A DNA stretch of 64,000 bases. Origin: Octopus sinensis. Lineage: Eukaryota. The notes under the pieces were generated by a model, which was not told the origin of the DNA, did no database searches, and was given only the letters and a program-made list of their open reading frames with translations. Shown piece by piece: positions 12,436 to 24,270 of the stretch (positions are counted from its first letter, which is position 1; each line of letters starts with the position of its first letter). Both the position numbers and the translations under genes were made by a program. Location of the stretch: NCBI RefSeq assembly GCF_006345805.1, contig NC_043000.1:90892001-90956000 (forward strand), written 5' to 3'.

Positions 12436-12696
12436 TACAACGCAAGCCAAAATTACTAATCAAAATAGAAAAAGAAACAGACAGACAGACAGGCAGACAT
12501 ACAGGCCAGCAACCAGATAGCTAGCGAGACTACTTAGCTAGATATTCTTACGGTCAGGTTGATAGACGGACAATTTGATAGATTTATAGAAACGTACTTT
12601 TTAGTAGATGGATACCTTTCGTAAAAACGTTCGTGCTGTGTACTCGATATACAAGTAAAAGCAGAAGCAAGATATCTATTTGCATAACCTCACCTG

Positions 12697-12810
<114 letters not shown>

Positions 12811-13216
12811 TACATACTAAAAATTAATATGAACAACCCTGGCGCAATGTGATAACTTAAATATATACAAGTATATATTTGCGCTCCTCTTACAACATTA
12901 AGAGGATTCTAACTCTTATTTCTAGCAATGTAGGTGCTTCGGCACCCTTAGTGACGACTGAACTTTCCTTTTATGGTTTTACATGGTGGCCGGTTCTTTA
13001 TATTATTATTATAATCATTAACATTTCGTTAAATCATCCATAAATTTTTAAGGTGTATATATGTTGGCAGACGGAATTAGCCGACCATGAGCCGTTCGAG
13101 CAGTCATCACCGAAGAAACAAAGAATAGACTGGGAAACCCTTCAGAAGGTCACGGGGCGGTTATCTCCCCTGTCAGTTTATGTGAACATATACGCGCTCT
13201 TCTTAAAACATTAAGA

Positions 13217-13290
<74 letters not shown>

Positions 13291-13327
13291 ATATATATGA
13301 TATATATTTATACATATATATAAATAA

Positions 13328-13410
13328 TAAATGCGCCCTTTTAAAGCCTAGCCAGACTCATGGGTCCGGTTTCCCAGTTTCGATGGCGTATGTGTTCCCC
13401 AGCTGGGAAA
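13328..13410 (-). mobile_element. Short retroposon 3'-end fragment next to (TA)n
   Basis: Reverse complement ...GGAAACCGGACCCATGAGTCTGGCTAGGCTTTAAAAGGGCGCATTTATT resembles a recalled octopus SINE tail; unverified. Confidence 0.35.
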
Positions 13411-13689
13411 TATACACAATAAATACCATATCTCCATACCCACAGTTAACACAGGTAGAGTAGAATAGTTAGTGGACTGTTAGGTAGATAAATGTATGTA
13501 TGTGGGTGTGAGTGTGTGTGTACGCCTTTTTTTAAACATCGTTATTTTTTGTTTTTTGTTTTTGTTATATTTTATTTTTTTTATATATATTTTATTTTTT
13601 ATTTATTTATTTATTTATTATTTTTAATAAAAATTCCTATTTTTATTTCTGTATGTAAGTATTTAGATATGTAAATAAACCAATCAACA

Positions 13690-14080
13690 GACAGACGGAT
13701 AGGTACATAGGTTATAAGAACAGACACATATGGAGACACGGATCCACACATATAAAGATGCACATCCATACATACAAACATCGTACATAGTTACATAACG
13801 CACAGACATATGCACACACAATGAGACAGAGGTGCATACATATACAAACACATCCTCACACACACATACATAGAAAATACACGAACACAGGACAGGCAAG
13901 CACATAAATATGCAGGATACGTACATACAGATGCATACACATACATACATACATATGCATACACACACATATATACATACACATGCAAACACACACACAC
14001 ACATACATACGTACATGTATGCATGTATAGGCACGCACACACATACACACACTGACCCACACGCATGCGCACAAACAAAC
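13690..14080. repeat. Cryptic (CA)n/(CATA)n low-complexity tract
   Basis: Direct. Confidence 0.85.
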
Positions 14081-14304
14081 AAAAGGGAACGCAGTGCAAA
14101 TAACGGACAGAGTCAAGACTATTGAAAAGGTTGCAAGGCGCAACGAAAATTTTAGAAAATAAAAATAAGAAATAAGTGGAAATTTTACCGGTGAGTGTGT
14201 TAGATAATAAGGCACTAAAAGAGAATGACTCTCCCCAAACACAACAGAATATGCTTCAACACAGGAACTCATATAAAGGATCTTGCAAACCAAATACAAA
14301 AACG

Positions 14305-14344
<40 letters not shown>

Positions 14345-14429
14345 CAATAATATTAGGGAGTAAATCCAAACTTACAGGGAAAAATTAGATTTCGGATTAA
14401 ATCTAATTTTATAGTATAAATATATATAT

Positions 14430-14624
14430 TATATTAAATTAGAGATAAAACCACTATTAGGCAAATCAAACAGTGAAAATCATAAGCCAATACATAGAAA
14501 TAAAATTAATAAAAAATATTTTATATTTTGTATATGTTTTATTAATTAATTTTATTTCTATGTATTGGCTTATGATTTTCACTGTTTGATTGCTTAATAG
14601 TGGTTTTATCTCTAATTTAATATA
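14430..14624. mobile_element. Foldback/MITE-like element with about 80-bp near-perfect inverted arms in (TA)n
   Basis: 14430-14510 vs 14545-14624 differ by one substitution and one indel. Confidence 0.75.
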
Positions 14625-14642
14625 TATATATATAATATATAT

Positions 14643-14686
<44 letters not shown>

Positions 14687-14689
14687 CAT

Positions 14690-15805
14690 AACGGTATTAA
14701 TAAAATAGGGGATGGAATGTGTAAAAGAGTTTATTGGGCTCAACACATGTTTCGACCCGTTCTGGATCTCTTTGCGTACATCAGTAAAAAGTCTCAGTAG
14801 AGCTTTTTTTAAGTCGGCTTACTTACCACTATATGTCCATCAAATTCGAGAATGAATAAAATCAGAGAAAAAATATTGAAACGCATAATGTGGAATGTAT
14901 GAATGTGGAATGTATACATTGTAGTTTAGAGAAAAAGACGTAATGAGCATTCGCTGTTGTAACTGTTAAGGGAAAGAAAAGGAAGTAGTTGAAAGGAAGA
15001 TAATACTTAGACGAATTTTTTTTAATGTATATATTCGTCCATACGTGTGCGCATGCTCGTGTATCTAGTTGTATGTAAATGTCTATATACTTGGATGTGC
15101 GTGTGTGAGTGCGTATGTATCTGTGTGCATATATATATATATATTTTATTTTATCTAGTTTCAGCTCACGAGCTGTGGCCATGCTGGGGCACCGCCATAT
15201 ATATATATATATATATAATATATATATATATATATTATATATATATATATATATTTTATATATTTTTATTATATTTTTAAATATTTTTTCATATTACATC
15301 ACTGTATATAAATCCCCTACTAAACAAGGCCCCCTTTTTTTAAACCTGTCTCCTTTCTGTACACATATTTTCCCCACCAAAAACCTAAACAGTTATCTCC
15401 CTTACAGACAACAATAACAATAATAACAACCAATTTACCTCCCTTTACTTGTCAACTTCTAAAATCATTCACTCGTGAATCTCATTATAAACGACATGGA
15501 CCCATTTTCTTCTTAAGAAAAAATATATTTTTCATATTAATTAAACATTGTATCATGAATAGCGATTGTGAAACCGGTCGATACATTAAAAATTATACTA
15601 TAACCATGTAAGTGTGCGTATTTTTCTCTGATTTTACTTATTCTCGAATTTGATGGACATATAGCGGTACGTAAGCCGACTCGAAAAAATCTCTAATGAG
15701 ACTTTTTATTGATGTAGCTGAAGAGACCCAAAACGGTTCGAAACATGTGTTGTACCTAATAACACCTATTACATATTCCATCTCCGATTTTATTAATACT
15801 GTTAC
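14690..15805. mobile_element. Inverted pair of about 190-bp arms (Penelope-like inverted terminal repeats)
   Basis: 14690-14880 is the reverse complement of about 15617-15805 at roughly 80% identity by eye; each arm has a CTGAAGA-stem-GAAAC-like motif. Confidence 0.55.
15145..15196 (-). mobile_element. About 50-bp retroposon consisting only of the LINE/SINE 3' tail
   Basis: Reverse complement GGCGGTGCCCCAGCATGGCCACAGCTCGTGAGCTGAAACTAGATAAAATAAAAT matches the 3' end of the LINE at 16272. Confidence 0.7.
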
Positions 15806-15914
15806 TCCAACCGCCACTACGAAGTTCCTGCAATAAAACTACAGATAACAACAGGTAATCGAAACTCTGCCGGTGCGTTACTCATCATCTATTTAGACAT
15901 TTTGTACAATTTTT

Positions 15915-15941
15915 CCATTATATATATCTATATATGTATGC

Positions 15942-15973
<32 letters not shown>

Positions 15974-15996
15974 TATATATATAATATATATATATA

Positions 15997-16047
<51 letters not shown>

Positions 16048-16062
16048 CATATATATATATAT
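15915..16062. repeat. (TA)n microsatellite
   Basis: Direct. Confidence 0.95.
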
Positions 16063-16170
16063 ATTGGCCTGCTCGCTTAGCTTGCGGGGTGGCGTCAATC
16101 AAAGGCTAAAACAATGCGAACGCATTGTAATCAGCGATGATGATCTTGTCGGTCACGGGATCACGTGATC
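16063..16170 (+). mobile_element. Short retroposon 3'-end fragment inside (TA)n
   Basis: Complex 107-bp island in (TA)n ending in a GGTCACGGGATCACGTGATCAC repeat tail; resembles a recalled SINE 3' end, unverified. Confidence 0.35.
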
Positions 16171-16271
16171 ACATATATATATACATACATATATATATAT
16201 ATACATATACATATAAATATATATATATATATACATATATATACACATATATATACACATATACACACACA

Positions 16272-17615
16272 TTTTTTTAAATTTAAAGTTTCAGCTCAGA
16301 GCTGTGGCCATGCTGATGCACCGCCGTTTTGCGCTACACTGTTATTACTAGGAGCCTCCTCTAATATGTGGCACTTGATGAAGAATGGAGTTTGTTATTC
16401 TACCCTCATTTGCACCTCTTGCCGTGAGGTAGGCTCACCTGGGACTCTCGACAGGAAGAGGTCCAGCTTTGATTTTAAAATCTACTTTGTGCAATTTCCT
16501 CAGACTCTTTGGGAGAATATTAAAAAGCTGTGGGCCCTTGAAACCCAGGCTGTTGCAGTAACTGGTCCTGAAGCGTTGTGGCATTGCTGGAATCTTTGGC
16601 ACCATGCAGTGTCCTCCCGTTCTGGCATTTGTGTAGCTTTCAATGCCAAAATTTGGCACAATTCCTTCCAGGATCTTCCTGATATATATACTACTGCATA
16701 CCTCTGCCGTTTTCTCTCCAGGGAGTAGAGTCTTAGCTGTTTCAACCTTTCCCAGTAGCTGAGCTGTTGCAAAGAGACGATCTTTTTTGTGAATCTTCTC
16801 TGAATTGCTTCAAGGTCCGCTGTTAATCTCACACTGGTGGGTGACCATAGCTGTGAGCAGTAATCTAGGCGGCTGAGGACGAATGTCCGCCAGAGGACCA
16901 TCATGGTTTCCTTATCTCTGGTTCTGAATTTTCTTAGGATCCATCCAGCCAGTTGTCTGCACTTTGTCGCCATCCTGGTAATGTGCACTTGGAAAGAGAT
17001 ATCATCACTCATGTCGATATCCAGGTCCCTCACTGACTTAGGCTCTGGGATTGAAATTCCATGTGGACTGGTGTACTCTGTAGGTTTAATATTCAGTTTT
17101 GGATGCTGGTAGCGCAGGCCTGGAATTTTTCAGCATTAAACTGTATATTATTATCCTCAGCCCATCTGTAAATTCAGTCCAACTCCTGCTGCAGGTGTGC
17201 AACATCGTTGAGGTTCTGTATTTTCTGTGAGATTTTCGTATCATCTGCATAGCTTGCCAGAGTGGCTATCCGGGCACTTGAGGGCATATCTGAGAGGGCC
17301 ACTACAAAAAGCAGTGGTCCCTAGACAGTGCCCTGTGGAACACCGATCACTATTTGTGTGTTCATAGAGGTGGCTCCATTAGCCACTACTGCCTAATTCC
17401 TATCTTTCAGGATGTCATGTAACCACACTCCAAGTTTTCCAGCTATGCCGAGGTCACGCAGTTTGTGGCATATCATACCATGATCCACCTTGTCAAAAGC
17501 TTTTGCAAAATCAAGGTATATTACATCCACATTTGAGTAACTGCCTCAACACCCAGTCATAATGTTGTAAGAGCTGGGTCAGCAGCTCCTACCTGGTCGA
17601 AAACCATGTTGGTTA
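16272..17615 (-). mobile_element. 5'-truncated CR1/L2-like LINE (RT C-terminal half plus 3' UTR), inactivated
   Basis: [66 protein letters not shown]; contains a stop and frameshifts; 3' tail with hairpin; (TA)n on both sides. Confidence 0.92.
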
Positions 17616-17661
17616 TATATGCATATATATAAACATATATATAGATATATATTACATATAT

Positions 17662-17728
<67 letters not shown>

Positions 17729-18404
17729 CATATATATATCTACATATATATATATATAGATATATATATACATACATATACAAATCTATACACGTATATA
17801 TTCATATGCATATAAATACATATATACAAACACATTGTACACAGATTTCTAAGGCATACATAGAACCACAAATATTGCTGAAACACCCTTGCCTTACAAA
17901 GCTCAGGCAACGTGCAATAGAGCGACTGCCGCGTCAACGCAATACCAGATACATACACACACTCTTTGTTGTACTGAATATGCGCTGTATGCTGTAAATG
18001 GTTTTCATGGGTCGGAAACGTACTTTGTATATGAAGTATACTTTGTATGAGTTGTGGCGCAATATCACTGACTGTACAGATTGTAAACTTCGTTATGTGA
18101 TTGGGAATTTGTCCTAGGGAATTTGTCAAATGGTTGGTGCTGTAACAAAAAAGGCAAGAATGCATCGTAGAGAGTGTATGCTTCTGTGAGTTGTACAGAG
18201 AATATATATTGAGTTTATGTTCTGCTTTTCAATTGCAATTGTCTGCTGACTCATGGAAGCCAAAAGAAAGTCCTGTCTTCGTTGAGGTCGAGTTAATTTT
18301 TTCATCTCTTACGCGTTATTAATATTATAACCAGTTAAATTACACTTTCACTACAGTCATATATCTGATTACCCAACTCCTCCCCTTCTCCTCTTCTACC
18401 TTTT

Positions 18405-18680
18405 CTTCTTCTTCTTCTTCTTCTTCTTCTTCTTCTTCTTCTTCTTCTTCTTCTTCTTCTTCTTCTCTTCTTCTTCTTCTCCTTCTTCTTCTTCTCCTTC
18501 TTCTCCTTCTTCTTCTTCTTTTTCTTCTTCTCCTTCTTCTTTCATCATCATCATCATCATCATCTTCTTCTTCTTCTTCTTCTTCTTCGTCGTCGTCGTC
18601 GTCGTCATCGTCGTCGTTGTCGTCATCGTCATCACTATCATCATGGTCATCACCATCATTCTTCCTCATCGTTGTCATTC
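18405..18680. repeat. (CTT)n/(CAT)n/(CGT)n compound array
   Basis: Direct. Confidence 0.95.
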
Positions 18681-18919
18681 TTGTTATTATTATTTGTCTG
18701 AAATGTACGCAAAGAGCCGAAGCCGTAACTGCCTGTATTCATGAAGCATCCGAGCATTGCTGACTTCTGAAGTTATATCGAATAGCTTTTACGGCGTTGT
18801 AGGACGAATCAACTTTATCGCTTGATTACATCACGAGGATTAACCAATCCATCAAATGCTACTCTTTCTTGCGGCTATAGCAAAAGAGGTTCTGTGGTGG
18901 ACGAGATGAAAGAATAGAC

Positions 18920-19084
18920 CAGTAGTTCCCAACCTTTACACTACAAAGGAACCCTTTTATTTAAATAAGTTTTCCCACGGACCCCAAGACATAGAAAGGT
19001 CTGTCAGCTTAAGATGTTCACAAACACCCAGTACTACCTTTGCGGACCACCAAGGATCTGTGGACCACAGGTTGGGAACCACTG
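18920..19084. mobile_element. hAT-type MITE (165 bp)
   Basis: TIRs CAGTAGTTCCCAACCT / AGGTTGGGAACCACTG; perfect 8-bp TSD GAATAGAC at 18912-18919 and 19085-19092. Confidence 0.92.
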
Positions 19085-19550
19085 GAATAGACGAAAGAAA
19101 GGAGACACATATCTCTTCGATCATGACCTCATTTATATATTCTAGTCCCACTTGGAAAGTAAAGAGAGGATGGAGTGCACTCCTAGGGAATTTATCAAAA
19201 AGTTGGTGCTGTGAAAAAAATTGGACCTACCCTAAGCATATATCGGTTGATTGAGCTCAAAAGTCAGGCGAGTACTATGACATGTGGGACACCATGAATG
19301 ACCCTAGTTGGAGTTTCCCTTCTTTCAAGGCCTGCATTGTTTATATGTACACAAGTATTTTATGTTGGCGTTTTATTTCATTTTCTCCTACTCTCCCTTT
19401 CTTCCCTTCATCTTTTTTATGTAAATCTGCACACAGTCTATCATATATTTTATTCCTCTGTGACAAAACAACAACAACAAGTATTATCATCATCATCATC
19501 ATCATCATCATCGTCATCATCGTTATTATTGTTGTTGTTGTTGTTATTAA

Positions 19551-19587
<37 letters not shown>

Positions 19588-20141
19588 GAGTGAGAGAGCA
19601 GTGCATGCCATCAAAGTGACACTGGGGTAAAATATACGAAGCCCAATATACCCATCATGACTACCCGTCTGATAAAGGTACACCAGGCACATGCATCACA
19701 ACCATATGTGCGCGACATGGTGATCTCATATCAAGATCAACAGCACATGACCTTGCAGGTGGGGCCCAGTTAGAATTTTCTTCAGGTTGAGTAGCCCATC
19801 CCGCTCAAAAGGTCCCTGAATAAGGGTTGTTTAAGGATGTTGAAAGAACCACCCATGTTTCCAGAGGTGAATTATTCAAACCCCAAAGAATCCCTCTCAA
19901 CACATGGCTATGATGCTCCCCCACTACTTCTGCTCGTGATCAGAGATGTACATATCGTCAGCCGCTAAGGGACATGCTCAAATGGTTAAGGTCAAACAAC
20001 TGACAAGCAAATCTGTGGTATTGAGCAGAATATTTGCTGTAGCCCATCTTTTATACCAAGACAAAACAATGTACATGATAATACTTCCAATCAGTTAAGA
20101 TCAGAAGCCATGAGAGCCACTGCCTGGTACTGCATCAGGGC

Positions 20142-20145
<4 letters not shown>
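19588..20145 (-). mobile_element. 558-bp non-autonomous element inserted in (AAT)n
   Basis: Exact (ATT)n flanks on both sides; one end is near-identical to 54155-54333; no ORF and no tRNA head. Confidence 0.75.
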
Positions 20146-20205
<60 letters not shown>

Positions 20206-20206
20206 G

Positions 20207-20512
20207 GTACGTTGTGAGTTCAAATTCCGCCGCAGTCGACTTTGCCTTTCATCCTTTCGGGTTTGATTAAATAAGTACCAGTTACGCACTGGGGTTAATG
20301 TAATCGACTTACACCCTCACCGCAAATTTCAGGCCTTGTAACCCTACGAGCTGGCAGAATCGTTAGCACGCTGAGCGAAATGCTTAGTCGTATTTCGCCC
20401 GTCGCTACGTTCTGGGTTCAAATTCCGCCGAGATCGACTTTGTTTTTCATCCTTTCGGTGTTGATAAATTAAGTACCTGTGAATCACAGGTTTCTACGTA
20501 GTCGAGTAGCCC
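20207..20512 (+). mobile_element. Two tandem SINE S1 copies (20207-20342 5'-truncated; 20347-20512)
   Basis: GAGTTCAAATTCCGCC...TTTCATCCTTTCGGG...AGTACC core occurs twice. Confidence 0.85.
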
Positions 20513-20966
20513 CGCCACCAGCAAATTACTATTATCATTATTATTATTATGTATATGCATACATACTTTTTTTTCGCGCTCTGTGTTGTTTCTTTGCCAG
20601 ATTTCTAATGTTTGACGTCTTCTAATATTGCAATGTCCACGTACACACCTTACTGCAATGCTCTCTCGTTGTTACTTCATTATAAGATCATTAATGTTAA
20701 GCAATGACGACGTCAATGCTGGAGGTAAATAGAATTTGGTTGTAGCTTCTAATCAAAGGTTTTCTCTATAACCTAACCCGACCCAATCATATTACTCAAT
20801 TGGATGGAATTAATTCTGTAAAGAAGCATCTCATACATCTTAAAGGCTATAGATGAAGGTCCCTGCAAGATATTGAAGGAAAGGAAAGGAAGAAATATAA
20901 TAAGATAAAGTAAATAAATACAGTCAATGAATTGAACATACATAAATACGTACATCTCTATACGCT

Positions 20967-21006
<40 letters not shown>

Positions 21007-21069
21007 CATACATATAAAATATAATATTCATAATATATACGTATAATAGGTAGATATACAGATATATAA

Positions 21070-21142
<73 letters not shown>

Positions 21143-21398
21143 TACAAATACATATATATATTCATCCATTCACGAATACTCTTAAACGCACAAACGTGCA
21201 GATATACTTACATACATGCACGTATAAATATACAGGATTATATATATATATAATATACATATATATATATATAATATATATATATATTATATATACAGGC
21301 ATACATATATATATATATATATATTATAAATACAGGCATATATATATATACAGGCATACACATACTAGAAACATTACACATACTCGCTCTCTTTCTCA

Positions 21399-21450
<52 letters not shown>

Positions 21451-21838
21451 GTGTGTGTGTATATGAGTGTGTGTGTATATTTATATACATACAAACACGC
21501 ACATACCAACAAATTCTATTTCTCTGAGTGTATTAACGTTTGGAGGTATGTTTAAGCGCTCGTTTGAACTTTTTAAAAGCACCGACGCGTATATGCGCGT
21601 GTATGTGATTGTATGTGTACTTGTGCATCTGCTCATGCATTCATGCGTGTGTTTGTGTGTGTGTGTGTGTCTGTATGTGTGTGTACGTGTGTGTGTGTGT
21701 GTGTAAGTAAGTTAATGTAAGTTTTCAGAACACTCTTCAAGCAGGCTGATTACGGAATGGCAAAAATGTGGCCTGGCTTAATAAATATACTGGCTCTATA
21801 TGAATGGGCTTGATAGAAATAACAAAATGGCTACCAGG

Positions 21839-21839
<1 letters not shown>

Positions 21840-21919
<80 letters not shown>

Positions 21920-21950
21920 GAGTAGTAGTAGTAGTAGTAGTGGTGGTGGT
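21840..21950. repeat. (ACT)n followed by inverted (AGT)n/(GGT)n
   Basis: Direct. Confidence 0.95.
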
Positions 21951-22564
21951 TTTCCAACTGCTGCTGCTACAGTTGTTGCTGTTACAGAGGGCTTACATTT
22001 CTCGTTATAACAACAATCACATCTTCAGACAACAACAACAATAGCCATGAGAAGAATATCAATGCTCTTTCGTACAGTCGAACAGACTACCAAAAATGAA
22101 AGCAGATCTCTATTTAATTGCAAGCATGCCTCGGGAAAATATGTTGTTTGGTTTTGAAGCTTAGCACTAAATTCTGAAAGCACTCCAGCCCACCGTTTTT
22201 CACTAGGAGTTGCACTCGGTCCCATGCAAAGATTAGCATGTTAGCAAAGATTGAGAAAAGGAGGAATTAAATAAATAAAAAGGCTCTGATTGATAGACGT
22301 AGTTAATGTTGTGTGCGGAGGATGTAGAGAAATAAGGGAAATTGGAAAATTGTACAGAGGCATCATGAAAAAAATTAGATAGAGAGGCTGAAAAACAGTG
22401 AAGGAGAAGGAGACAGAAAGGGATGGAGAGAGTGAGAGAGAGGGAGGGAGAGAGATAGATTGTCATATAAAAGAAAGTGAGAAAAGGAAGAAAGGAATGA
22501 AAAGAAACGGAATAAATATTTAAGATTATATAAACTTACTAGATTTCATTTTACTTGCTATATT

Positions 22565-22777
22565 CTTTTCTACTCTAGACACAAGAGCCTAAATATTGAG
22601 GAGGGAGCCAGTCGATGGGATCGACTCGAGTACGCAACTGGTACTTGATTTATCGACCCCGAAATGATGAAAGGCAAAGACGACTTCGGCAGGATTTGAA
22701 CTTAGAACGTAAAGACAGACGAAATATCGCTAAGCATTTCACCCAGCGTGCTAACGTTTTCGCCAACTCGCCGCCTT
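22565..22777 (-). mobile_element. SINE S1, full length
   Basis: Reverse complement GGCGGCGAGTTGGCGAAAACGTTAGCACGCTGGG...AAGTTCAAATCCTGCCGAAG. Confidence 0.85.
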
Positions 22778-22792
22778 ATTTTACTGTATTGG

Positions 22793-22870
<78 letters not shown>

Positions 22871-22985
22871 GTCTAACTCATTCACTCATTATCTATTCTG
22901 TCAACGAGATAAGTGTTTACAAAGGTACATAGAAAATTAAAGTCGTCTTAAATTATATATACACACACACATACACACATATATA

Positions 22986-23016
<31 letters not shown>

Positions 23017-24039
23017 TGTGTGTGATGTGTGTGTATGTAAGGGTTAGATTCCAAGAGTTGTCCTTGTGAGCCACATCTGTATGTTCACATTAATCAAACT
23101 TATGTATATAGATGTTTTATTTTGAATATATACATAGCTTTCGAAATTTGCTGTGAATTCTGTTTGGTGAGTAATAACTTATCACAACAGAAGACTGGGA
23201 AAATTAGGTATATTTTGGTATATTTTTAATATATCTTATTAGCAATGAAATAGAGTAATATATATTATGTACAAACATAAATGGCTCACGCATAAAGTGC
23301 TCAGAGTTTTACGTCTAGTCGCAGGTGTGAAATCCGGTCTTTGATCGGTAAGTAACGTCTGTGGCACTGTTCGTCAGCTGTCATCGTTATTTAGCGATTG
23401 GTAATTGGACAACTTTATGCTCGTGGCTTGCCGGGAGACTCGGTGTACTATCTGTAATCCTTCTATTTTGTATATCATAATTGTATATATATTTGTGTGT
23501 GTGTGTTTGTATGAGTGTGCGTGTATGTGTGTCTGTATGTAAATGCTGAGCAACAAGAATGAGTGCGTTACACCCACTACATTGGTGGATAAAATTTCTT
23601 TATTTGTGTAGTAAGTCTACTATAGGTTTCATGTTAAGGAAAATATCTTAATAATTTTACAATTTTTCAAGCCAATTACATGAAGGGAATGAAGGAAACG
23701 GAAAATGGATTTAACAAGAATCTTTACGTAACGATCGTTTTGACCCATCCTGCATCTGTACTTTATGTTTGTGACATAGTATACTTAGTTGTGCTGCATC
23801 CATCAGTGCAGGTTGTCAGGGTGTCTGATGTAAATACACATACTGAGTTACTACACATACTGAATTTTACTTGGCATGTTGCCGTTGCCCATATATATAT
23901 ATATATATATAATAAAACAATACTGGGAGGATAAGAGACGGAACGAAGCGAAAATTCGAAAATTCGAAAATTCGAACGAACCCGACGCGAAGCGCTGTCA
24001 GACAATAGTGTAATAAATGAAATATATGCATACAAACAT

Positions 24040-24270
24040 ATATGTACGTACCGACATCTACATGTATATATACATGCATATATAAATATATATACGTACA
24101 GGACACCACAAAAAGACGTAAAACTCAATAGAAACGAAAACGGAAAAGCCATTTTGTTACAACAGAAAGACAGAGACGTGGAACAGGACGAGAACGAATA
24201 CGGGAAAAACATTATTTACAACAGAAAAAACAAGGTACAGGACATGCTACACAAGGAAAATCACACACAA
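24040..24270. repeat. Dispersed repeat family shared with 39730-39885
   Basis: TATGTACGTACC(G/T)ACATCTACATGTATATATACATGCATATAT...ACA(G/T)GACACC is shared by both loci. Confidence 0.6.

Noticed and set aside
15545-15580. TGTATC-ATGA...GAAACCGGTC-GATACA hammerhead-like motif
   Set aside because: Stem I and the GUC site are present, but the CUG of the core is missing and stem II is poor; at best a dead relic
18340-18678. Acidic/basic ORF (poly-D/E/R/K)
   Set aside because: Trinucleotide repeat artefact
20600-20730. Exon-like segment with a strong acceptor and GTAAAT donor
   Set aside because: Stops in all three frames; could only be non-coding and has no support
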